Shown in pieces: positions 18,668 through 25,947 of a stretch of 42,079 bases of DNA. The stretch comes from Candidatus Taylorbacteria bacterium RIFCSPLOWO2_02_FULL_44_35. GTDB taxonomy: Bacteria; Patescibacteriota; Minisyncoccia; Phycocordibacterales; DSPV01. Location of the stretch: positions 1,257 to 43,335 of the forward strand of contig MHSF01000023.1 of NCBI GenBank assembly GCA_001822695.1, read 5' to 3'. A program made the position numbers and the translations under genes. The notes under the pieces were generated by a model. That model was not told the DNA's origin and searched no databases. It saw only the letters and a list, made by a program, of their open reading frames with translations. How positions within the stretch are numbered: position 1 is the stretch's first letter; each line of letters begins with the position of its first letter.

Positions 18668-18793
18668 TTGCGACACGGCAAACGCAAACCCATTCTCATG
18701 ATTCCACTTGTTGTCGGGGTTGTCGTAGTAAGCGTTAAGCCACTGACCATTGTCGTTACGATTCGCGCTGAGCAGATTCGGGTCGCCGTCAGA
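18668..18793 (-). repeat. DGR template repeat TR1
   Basis: 126 bp matching VR1 19122-19250; AAY-rich; 13 of 16 substitutions are at TR adenines. Confidence 0.93.
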
Positions 18794-19029
18794 AATGTGC
18801 AGAATGCCTCCCATTTCACCACCCCTTGAATACTCTCGGGGTTGTATCGCATTCGGCATCACAATGCCTTAGTATCTTGCACCAAGTATCTTCATTTTTT
18901 TTATTTTACGCGTGTCACTCCGTTTGAATTCTTAAACACAAACGCTCTCAACGCGCGGATACTGGATTCGGCGGAAAGAAACCATAGTCCCTTTCGGATT
19001 GGCCTACTACCGTGGCTTAGTATACAAAA

Positions 19030-19058
19030 ACTCTCGCCTGCTTGACACGGGCGAGAGT
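19030..19058 (-). terminator. Hairpin plus U-tract downstream of target 1 (terminator and/or DGR target hairpin)
   Basis: ACTCTCGCC..GGCGAGAGT stem followed by TTTT on the minus strand. Confidence 0.7.
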
Positions 19059-19103
19059 GTGAAAAAACTTAAGTCAAGGGACAGAGGGCTAGCGCAAAGG
19101 GTC

Positions 19104-19730
19104 CTAGGACTTAGCTCTAACTTGCGACACGGCAAACGCAAACCCACTCCCATGATTCCACTAGTTGTCGGGGCGGAAGTCGTCGTCCGCGTCAAGCCAC
19201 TGACCAGTGCCGCCACGACTCGCGCTGAGCAGACGCGGGTCGCCGTCAGAGTCGTGCACGGGTTCGTGCATGGCAACGATCCAGATCAGCCCCATGGCTG
19301 CGATCTCCTTGTCCGTGAACTTCTCACGGATGAGGCAGACCAGTTCGGCGTTCGGCTTCGAGAGCTTGCGCTTGTCGGCCTCGGCGCGAATCTTCTTCGT
19401 GATCCGATCGTTGTCCTCGAAGAGCATGCCCTTGAGAACGGCGACTTCAGTCGTCATGCCATTGGTCGGCTTGAAGTCCGGCGAACGGAGCACCTGCTTG
19501 GCGTAGTTTCTGACGCGGAAACAGTTGCCTTCCAGACGCTTGATCCAGTCTTCGCCGGTCGTGCCGTCGGAGGTGACACTGAAGTAGATGACACCGTCTT
19601 CCTCGAGCCACGAACGGGTCGGTTCCGAAACCGAGAGTTCATTGCGGAGAAAACGGTCAACCCCTTCCTCCCCGCCGAGTTTGTTCCAGACCGCTTCCAC
19701 GCGGCCGAGGGTAATATCGGGATATTTCAT
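19104..19730 (-). pseudogene. DGR target protein 1 with premature TAG inside its variable repeat
   Basis: ORF stops at 19161-19163 (TAG where TR has AAG); frame continues WNHGSGFAFAVSQVRAKS to TAG at 19104. Confidence 0.85.
19122..19250 (-). repeat. DGR variable repeat VR1
   Basis: 129-bp copy of TR1 at the 3' end of target 1, with A-to-N changes and one extra codon. Confidence 0.93.
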
Positions 19731-19924
19731 AATATAATTGCCTTTCGTTCAACTGCTAGTTGTGGTTTATTCACCTCTTCCAGAAGTGAATGCTAGGCCG
19801 TTGTGGTCATAGCCAGAAATCCCCAGAAAAGGTGAGGGACTTTTGGCTATGACCGCGGCAAGATTTCAAGGTTCATTGAATTATGGATTATTCTAACAAA
19901 CACCGCCCCAAATTTCTGCCCGAA

Positions 19925-19954
19925 ATACTACCATAATTGCGCCATAAAAGTCAA
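19925..19954 (-). promoter_or_regulatory. Putative sigma70 promoter of target 1
   Basis: TTGACT-18 nt-TAGTAT with TG extension; inside a 68-bp exact repeat (19916-19983 = 22238-22305). Confidence 0.6.
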
Positions 19955-20117
19955 GCAAAAATACGAAATATGGCTTTAAATAAAGGTATCTTGGCAAGGG
20001 GAAAATACATAAATAAAAAGGAAGCCGCGGGCCGCCTGATACGAGGGCTCGCAGCGGACTTCTGCTTCTAACGGGGTCAATAACCAGGTGGGTAACTATC
20101 ATCTTGAAAATTCACTC

Positions 20118-20628
20118 CTAACCATGTTCAAAAATTCGCTTGCGTAAAATTCGTAATAAGATTCCGTGGTCAATACTGGCAAAGAATTTTCTGATGTCGT
20201 ATTTCAAAATCCAGCAGGTCTTGGTGTTGTTTTTGCTGACTTTCCAAACAAATCTACGAAAACGGTTGATGGTTTTGTGAGTTCCCTTTTCGTTTCGGCA
20301 GGAAAAAGAATCGGCAATAAATGTCTGGTCAAAGAATGGGTAAAGTTTTCGGTAAACAGCACGATGAAGTAAGCGGTTGCGAGCACTTGCTTTGTGTATG
20401 TTTCTTGGCTTCGGGTCAGAAATTCTGAAAGCTCGGTAACCTACCGTGGCGATAGGTTTTTGCTCGCAAATCATTATGAAGCGAAATGACATTATCCATC
20501 AGACGCAAACTAAATTCCTGCACATCCAGCTTTTTTCTTTTTCCTTTCACGAATTCTTGCCAAGCGCCGAGCAAATTTTCTGAAGAAATGATATCCTCGT
20601 AACTATGGTTGAATTGAATCCCATTCAT
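20118..20628 (-). pseudogene. Second DGR reverse transcriptase, frameshifted and 3'-truncated
   Basis: Closely similar to RT1 17748-18247; +1 base at ~20440; homology ends at ~20128, before the LGNLTSQ and YADD motifs. Confidence 0.92.
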
Positions 20629-20657
20629 TCTATAAAGGTTACCCCCCCCAACGCTTT

Positions 20658-21020
20658 TTGCCAGTGGTGGAAAAAACTTTATCGGCATACAAACTCTGGC
20701 AGGAAATATTGAAACTTTTTCCAAAAACGACGCGCTATTCTCTAGGTATAAAGATTGATGTTCTTTTCATTGAAATTTTTGAGTCAATTTCGACCGCGGC
20801 ATTTGCCGCCAAAACTGAAAAATCACCTTGGGTTCGGCGGGCAATAATAAAACTAGATACTTTAAAAGGTCTGCTACGGATAGCGTGGGAAATCAAATCA
20901 CTGGATAACAAGAAATATATCACCTTATCAGAACAACTTTCTGAAATCGGCCGCCAGCTTGGCGGTTGGCATAATCAGATTATAAAACAAAACTCTCCCG
21001 CAAAAGCGGGAGAGAAATGA
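20658..21020 (+). CDS. avd: Avd-like four-helix-bundle DGR accessory protein 2
   Basis: FPKTTRYSLGIKID, EIGRQLGGW; TTG start; the ATG at 20605 equivalent to avd1 ATG 18224 is out of frame because of C8. Confidence 0.82.
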   Translation: MPVVEKTLSAYKLWQEILKLFPKTTRYSLGIKIDVLFIEIFESISTAAFAAKTEKSPWVRRAIIKLDTLKGLLRIAWEIKSLDNKKYITLSEQLSEIGRQLGGWHNQIIKQNSPAKAGEK

Positions 21021-21028
21021 GGATACTG

Positions 21029-21155
21029 GCGGGCAGACCGCCGAAGGGTTGTAGTCGTTCCAATCGTTGTCAAGCCAGTTGTAATTCCAGTGCCACTTGC
21101 CATCATTCCAGTACAGATACAACACATAACGGTTACCGTTCGGATTACGAAGAAT
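21029..21155 (-). repeat. DGR template repeat TR2
   Basis: 127 bp matching VR2 21488-21614 without gaps; 16 of 17 substitutions are at TR adenines. Confidence 0.95.
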
Positions 21156-21405
21156 CGTATAAAGTGTCTTCTGTTCCACCACCCCTCGAAGCTTTCGCGA
21201 TCTTGGGATTGAATCGTATTCGGCATCATAATGCCCTAACACTTTACACCAAGTAACTTCATTTTTTGAAGTGTCTTCATACACCACTCTATCCAAAACC
21301 TTAGTTGTGGATACTCACGATGTATGGATACTGGATTCGGTAGCGGAAAACCGTAATCTCCCGCGTATTCACCTACTGCCGCAGATAATTTTAGCATAAA
21401 AAAGA

Positions 21406-21427
21406 CCCCGCGTTCGAAAACACGGGG
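21406..21427 (-). terminator. Hairpin plus U-tract downstream of target 2
   Basis: Minus strand CCCCGTGTT-TTCG-AACGCGGGG then TCTTTTTT. Confidence 0.75.
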
Positions 21428-21467
21428 CCGAGAACTAAATTCAAAGGATTCAAAAGACCTAAACGAC

Positions 21468-22094
21468 CTAGTTCTGAGGACTAACTTGCGGGCAGACCGC
21501 CGAAGGGTAGTAGTCGTACCAAGCGCGGTCAAGCCAGCGGTAATACCAGTGCCACTCGCCACCAGACCAGTCCAGAGACAACACAGAACGGTTACCGTAC
21601 GGACTACGAAGAATTGTGCCGTCAAAGAAAATATAGGTCGTATTGTCATTCGTCTTTTTCTTCCAACTTTCTGGAATAAGAGTTTTATCATTCCAGAGAG
21701 TCTCGAAAACCTTGGCGTTCAGACAAATGTGGCCCGCTTTCTTGAGACGCTTCAGCTTCTCCTCCCCGTTGATACTGATCTCATCTTTTTTGAGCATCGT
21801 CTCAAGACGAATTTTGCTGAAATCCACCTCTGTGAGAGCGAGCGACCGCTTGTCTTCCTCGTCTATGGTCCAACCACTACCGATAAACTCGGCGGGGTTG
21901 AAAGGGGTGGTGCGGTCGACGATGACCAGAATTCCAGCTTTCTGACTAAAGTGTTTGACCAAGTCGGACCAGAGGGGGTGGTCGGATGACTCGATGATAG
22001 ACTGAATTTCCTCCCCGTCTGCCTTCATTGCGCCAAGCTTTTCAGCGACAAGTTTCCCCATCTCAAACTGCTGACCGATTGTAATTATGTTCAT
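21468..22094 (-). CDS. DGR target protein 2 (intact; C-terminal variable region, CLec-like fold inferred)
   Basis: VR2 encodes the aromatic-rich C-terminus ILRSPYGNRSVLSLDWSGGEWHWYYRWLDRAWYDYYPSAVC; ATG 22094. Confidence 0.9.
   Translation of the reverse strand: MNIITIGQQFEMGKLVAEKLGAMKADGEEIQSIIESSDHPLWSDLVKHFSQKAGILVIVDRTTPFNPAEFIGSGWTIDEEDKRSLALTEVDFSKIRLETMLKKDEISINGEEKLKRLKKAGHICLNAKVFETLWNDKTLIPESWKKKTNDNTTYIFFDGTILRSPYGNRSVLSLDWSGGEWHWYYRWLDRAWYDYYPSAVCPQVSPQN
21488..21614 (-). repeat. DGR variable repeat VR2
   Basis: Ungapped copy of TR2 with A-to-N changes. Confidence 0.95.
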
Positions 22095-22240
22095 TCGTTG
22101 AAACCGCAATAACGGCGGACCGTGTCATCTCGTAGCGAGAGCTTATCGGCTGATCGTTAGTTGCGGAAAACAAACCATTTCATCAAAAAAACGGGTTGTA
22201 TTCCGCAACCAATTAAGCACTTTCAAAGTTCATTTAACTG
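22095..22240 (-). promoter_or_regulatory. Structured 5' leader of target 2 (boxA-like motif plus two hairpins)
   Basis: Homologous to 29190-29340 with compensatory base changes. Confidence 0.65.
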
Positions 22241-22246
22241 CCCGAA

Positions 22247-22276
22247 ATACTACCATAATTGCGCCATAAAAGTCAA
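22247..22276 (-). promoter_or_regulatory. Putative sigma70 promoter of target 2
   Basis: Identical to the target 1 promoter, TTGACT-18-TAGTAT. Confidence 0.6.
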
Positions 22277-22343
22277 GCAAAAATACGAAATATGGCTTTA
22301 AATAAGGATATTTAGCAATAGAGAAATGCGTAAATAAAAGAGG

Positions 22344-22536
22344 AAGCCGCGTTCTCATTCCTTAAATCCCGAAGGAAGTGGAAGAGAATCGCGGCTTTGT
22401 CGCCCCAGGGCGTTCCCCGATAAGAATCGGGGTATAAGGAGAGTTTTACCTCTCCTGCGCTGGTGGGACCAGCACTACCTGGTCTGAGCCAGGCGTCTAC
22501 CAGTCCCCCTTTGCCTTATGTTTGTCATGGGGGAAC
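22344..22536 (-). ncRNA. Candidate structured RNA / degenerate tRNA-Leu-like element
   Basis: At least five consecutive hairpins; D-loop-like GGACTGGTAGACGC and CCTGG-CTCAGA-CCAGG, but no TTCG T-loop or canonical acceptor stem. Confidence 0.35.
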
Positions 22537-22557
22537 AGTTTTAAATCCTACGCCGGT

Positions 22558-23181
22558 CTAATTTCTTGTCAAATCGGAAATTATTTTCAGGAAGTCATTC
22601 CTAACTTTGTCAATATTTTGATTGGCGTCAATTATTTTATGCGGCACATTTTTGGAAAACTCAAGAAAACCAGAGTGAACCCGTTTGTGAAAAGCCAGTT
22701 TGCGCTCGTCAAAATGGGTTTTCTTTACTCTCCGCAAAGCAACGCGCGCCAAGCCGATTTCTGGTTTGACATCAAAGAAAATGTAAAAATCCGGAGCTGC
22801 CTCTCGCAAATAAATTTCCCGCGTTTGCCAAAACAAATCCTTTAAATTCCGCGCGCCTTGGGCGCAAATTTGGTAAGCGTAAGTAGAAGAATCAAAACGA
22901 TCACAAATAACATTTTTGCCTCTTGCCAAAGCCGGTAAAATTTTATGCTGCAAATGGTCAGCCCGGGCCGCCCACATAAGACCGAATTGCGTTTCCGCTC
23001 CGGATTCTTTCGCCTCTTTTGACAAAACCAGCGTCCGAATTTTGTCGGCAAATTCCGTCCCGCCTGGTTCGTAGGTAAGCAAAAACTTTTTTCCAAACGA
23101 CGTTTCAGCAAACCATTTCAAAATCGCGGTCTTCCCGCTCCCCTCACCGCCGTCAACAACTATAAATTTTCCCCGTTTCAT
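22558..23181 (-). CDS. tmk: dTMP kinase
   Basis: [10 protein letters not shown]-loop, [18 protein letters not shown]. Confidence 0.95.
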   Translation of the reverse strand: MKRGKFIVVDGGEGSGKTAILKWFAETSFGKKFLLTYEPGGTEFADKIRTLVLSKEAKESGAETQFGLMWAARADHLQHKILPALARGKNVICDRFDSSTYAYQICAQGARNLKDLFWQTREIYLREAAPDFYIFFDVKPEIGLARVALRRVKKTHFDERKLAFHKRVHSGFLEFSKNVPHKIIDANQNIDKVRNDFLKIISDLTRN

Positions 23182-24404
23182 TTTCGCAAGACCTCATTAA
23201 TTTTCTTGGCAATCTCCGTAAAATCTTTTTCTTGCTTACCGCGAGTGGTTTCCGCCGGCGTGCCGAGGCGGATGCCGGAAGGGTCAACCGGTGAGCGGGT
23301 GTCAAAAGGAATGGTGTTTTTGTTGACGATGATACCCGCTTTCTCAAGCCGTTCGCTCGCTTCTTTGCCACCGATTCCTTTGCCGTTCATCCACACATCA
23401 ACCAAAAGTAAGTGAGTGTCGGTGCCGCCGGAAACAATGCGCCAGCCAAGCCGCGCGAGCTCTCCCGCGAGCGCGGCGGCGTTTTTCACAACCTGCTTGG
23501 TGTATTTTTTAAACTCCGGTCTGGCGGCTTCTGCCAAAGCCACGGCAACCGCGGCAATTTGATTTAAGTGCGGTCCGCCCTGAAGGCCGGGGAACACGGC
23601 TTTGTCTATCTTTTTCGGCAATTCCCTTGCGCCTGCCCGACCAATCATGTTGGGCGGGTCTCTGCGTGAAAATATCATTGCCGCACGCGGACCCCGTAAG
23701 GTTTTATGTGTAGTAGTCGTCACCACATCCGCATATTCAAATGGACTCGGATAAACTCCTCCCGCGACCAATCCCGCGAAATGCGACATATCTACCATCA
23801 GATACGCACCGCAAAAGTCAGCAATCTCTCTAAACTTTTTAAAATCAATAATCCGCGGATAAGCAGTGTAGCCGGCAACAATAATCGCCGGTTTTTCTCG
23901 CGTCGCAATCTCTTTTATCTTTTCGTAATCCAAGACCTCCGTTTTTTCATCCACACCATAAGGAACTTGTGTCCAAAACTTCCCCGTCGCCGACACTTTG
24001 TGTCCATGCGTAAGATGCCCGCCATGAGCAAGTGTCATTCCCATAACTCTGGCTGGCTGGAAACTGGAATCTGGATTTCTGGAAGGAGGGCATAAGGCAA
24101 GATAAACGGCAAGATTAGCCGGCGAACCGGAAAGCGGTTGGACATTCACCGCCCATTCATCGGGCGAGAGTTTAAAAAGTTCAAGCGCCCGCTCCTGCGC
24201 CAATCGTTCCACTTTATCCATAACCTCATTGCCGCCATAATACCGCGCGCCCGGATACCCTTCGGCGTATTTATTAGTGAGCTCGCTTCCAAGCGCCTCC
24301 AAAACATCCTTGGAAACATAATTCTCCGAGGCGATTAAATTTATCACTCTCTTCTGCCGCTTCCTCTCGGCCTCAATTAGTTTTTTTATTTGGGTGTCTT
24401 TCAT
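23178..24404 (-). CDS. glyA: Serine hydroxymethyltransferase
   Basis: [41 protein letters not shown]. Confidence 0.97.
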   Translation of the reverse strand: MKDTQIKKLIEAERKRQKRVINLIASENYVSKDVLEALGSELTNKYAEGYPGARYYGGNEVMDKVERLAQERALELFKLSPDEWAVNVQPLSGSPANLAVYLALCPPSRNPDSSFQPARVMGMTLAHGGHLTHGHKVSATGKFWTQVPYGVDEKTEVLDYEKIKEIATREKPAIIVAGYTAYPRIIDFKKFREIADFCGAYLMVDMSHFAGLVAGGVYPSPFEYADVVTTTTHKTLRGPRAAMIFSRRDPPNMIGRAGARELPKKIDKAVFPGLQGGPHLNQIAAVAVALAEAARPEFKKYTKQVVKNAAALAGELARLGWRIVSGGTDTHLLLVDVWMNGKGIGGKEASERLEKAGIIVNKNTIPFDTRSPVDPSGIRLGTPAETTRGKQEKDFTEIAKKINEVLRK

Positions 24405-24458
24405 TGAAAAGTTTATAACCGACAACTTCTAGCTTATAGCTTTTCGCGCAAAAAGAAA

Positions 24459-24483
24459 AGCCGCCCTATGTTGGAGGGCGGCT
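24459..24483 (-). terminator. Intrinsic terminator
   Basis: AGCCGCCCT/AGGGCGGCT stem with TTTCTTTTT on the minus strand. Confidence 0.7.
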
Positions 24484-24502
24484 CATTTAATGAAATTGCT
24501 AG

Positions 24503-24946
24503 TTACAAAACAAAATTGATGGAATAGACCCGAATGCCACGCTCTTCTTGCTCTTGAGCAAAGAGCTTAAGGAAAAGGGTTATTCGTTTGCGAGAGCAGT
24601 TAATGGTGTGCGCCAAGGGAGAACCCACTAAACTGCTACAAACTTTTGGAACAGCAACCCATTTTTGCCTAGGCCGGTTCTTTTTTCTTCTTGCCGAAAC
24701 AAATCCATCCCCACAGGCCCATACAAAATCCCCTCTTGGCAAAATCGTTGTAAAATCGTCTTTGTATTTCGGAAAGAGTTCTGCGTCCAGGGACAGATTT
24801 TCTAGTACCCCAAAGTGATATGACCAAACCAAACCAGGACATGACTTTCGCAGTAGCGACAATGCTTTCGCAAACCCAAATACATAATTCACTTCTAAGA
24901 ACAACTGGATTTGAGCAAAAATCTCCCTGAGCGTTCTTAATCCCAA
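24503..24946 (-). CDS. Hypothetical protein, start uncertain (possible frameshift after ATG 25059)
   Basis: Frame is open up to 25096 and followed by a terminator; no recognised motif. Confidence 0.4.
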   Translation of the reverse strand: MGLRTLREIFAQIQLFLEVNYVFGFAKALSLLRKSCPGLVWSYHFGVLENLSLDAELFPKYKDDFTTILPRGDFVWACGDGFVSARRKKNRPRQKWVAVPKVCSSLVGSPLAHTINCSRKRITLFLKLFAQEQEERGIRVYSINFVL

Positions 24947-25201
24947 TCCTCCAATATCAGTGGGATTATCCTCTCCCCGCAGGAATCGGTCAAAACGTAG
25001 CGGATAATTCCAAAAGCTCTTAAACCTACGGTTTTTGATTGTTTTGTTATTTTTTTCATACAGTCTTTTTGAGGTTTCGCAAACTTTTTCACCACTCTAC
25101 GGCAGGTGACGCCTTTTTTCTATCCACAACATTATCACAATCACACATCTCTTGTCAACCCCATCAACCCCATTAGAAAACAATTCTCTAACAGGGTCAA
25201 T

Positions 25202-25239
25202 ATACACGCAAAAACAGCGATAGCATAAGATGTGTGTAT
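25202..25239. repeat. 38-bp dyad repeat copy 1 (ATACAC-N26-GTGTAT)
   Basis: Matches 25817-25854 and 27348-27385; overlaps the start codon of the PaaX-like gene. Confidence 0.75.
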
Positions 25240-25810
25240 GGGGATTTTGGAAGGAAAAGTCGCGAGAACTGCAAAACGCGACAAAATCCAAAAAGCAATT
25301 CTGCAAAGCATTGCCGTAGCTGGTCTGCTTAGTGTTGCTCTGCTCGCACCCAATGCTTTGCAAGCGCTCAAGCTCTTGGGCTGGAAACCGCATCGCCGTC
25401 AGCGCGAAGTTATTGCCCGTTCCCGCAATCGATTAATTGAATGTGGTCTACTCGTCCGCGATGAAAAAGGTTTTCTAAAATTGACCTCCAAAGGAGAAAC
25501 AAAACTTCGTGAATTAGAAAAGCGCGAATACCGACTTCCTCGCCCCAAACGCTGGGACAAAAAGTGGCGCGTGCTCATTTTTGATATTCCAGAAAAAAGA
25601 AAATATCTGCGGGAAAAAATCCGTAATACCCTGCGAGCCATCGGCTTTAACCAGCTCCAAAAAAGCGTCTGGGTTTATCCCTACGATTGTGAAGATTTGA
25701 TCGCTTTGCTCAAGGCGGATTTCAAAGTCGGCAAGGACCTGCTTTATCTTGTTGTTGATGAAATTGAAAACGACAAAAAATTACTCGAGTTATTCAAATT
25801 ATCCGAATGA
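25238..25810 (+). CDS. PaaX-like regulator (winged helix plus Cas2-like ferredoxin domain)
   Basis: LKLTSKG, WDKKWRVLIFDIPEK, LRAIGFNQLQKSVWVYP. Confidence 0.8.
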   Translation: MGILEGKVARTAKRDKIQKAILQSIAVAGLLSVALLAPNALQALKLLGWKPHRRQREVIARSRNRLIECGLLVRDEKGFLKLTSKGETKLRELEKREYRLPRPKRWDKKWRVLIFDIPEKRKYLREKIRNTLRAIGFNQLQKSVWVYPYDCEDLIALLKADFKVGKDLLYLVVDEIENDKKLLELFKLSE

Positions 25811-25816
25811 ACTACC

Positions 25817-25854
25817 ATACACACGAAAACAACGACCGCTGTTTATTGGTGTAT
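25817..25854. repeat. 38-bp dyad repeat copy 2
   Basis: ATACACACGAAAACAACGACCGCTGTTTATTGGTGTAT. Confidence 0.8.
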
Positions 25855-25947
25855 GTAAAAAAATTTAAATTTGAAGCAAATACATCAACAAACACAACTA
25901 TATGCGAGATTGTGTTTTGATAAACAAAGTGTATGATTTCTTTAGTT

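Noticed and set aside
18611..18862. ORFs across TR1 and TR2 (also 20928-21296)
   Set aside because: They are open because TRs mirror the VR codons; upstream parts are conserved as nucleotide blocks, not as protein
19161..19163. Stop-codon reassignment or readthrough
   Set aside because: TAG, TGA and TAA all end ordinary genes in the window; the A-to-T change from TR explains the stop
18999..19796. 265-aa plus-strand ORF (also 21486-21989)
   Set aside because: Antisense shadow of GC-rich target genes
22119..22209. c-di-GMP-I riboswitch
   Set aside because: TAAG/ATGAC loosely recalls its tetraloop receptor, but the GGCAAAC and GNRA-capped P2 elements are absent
22434..22519. Functional tRNA-Leu(CAG)
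   Set aside because: 6-nt anticodon loop, no TTCRA T-loop, no 7-bp acceptor stem or CCA; kept only as a candidate structured RNA
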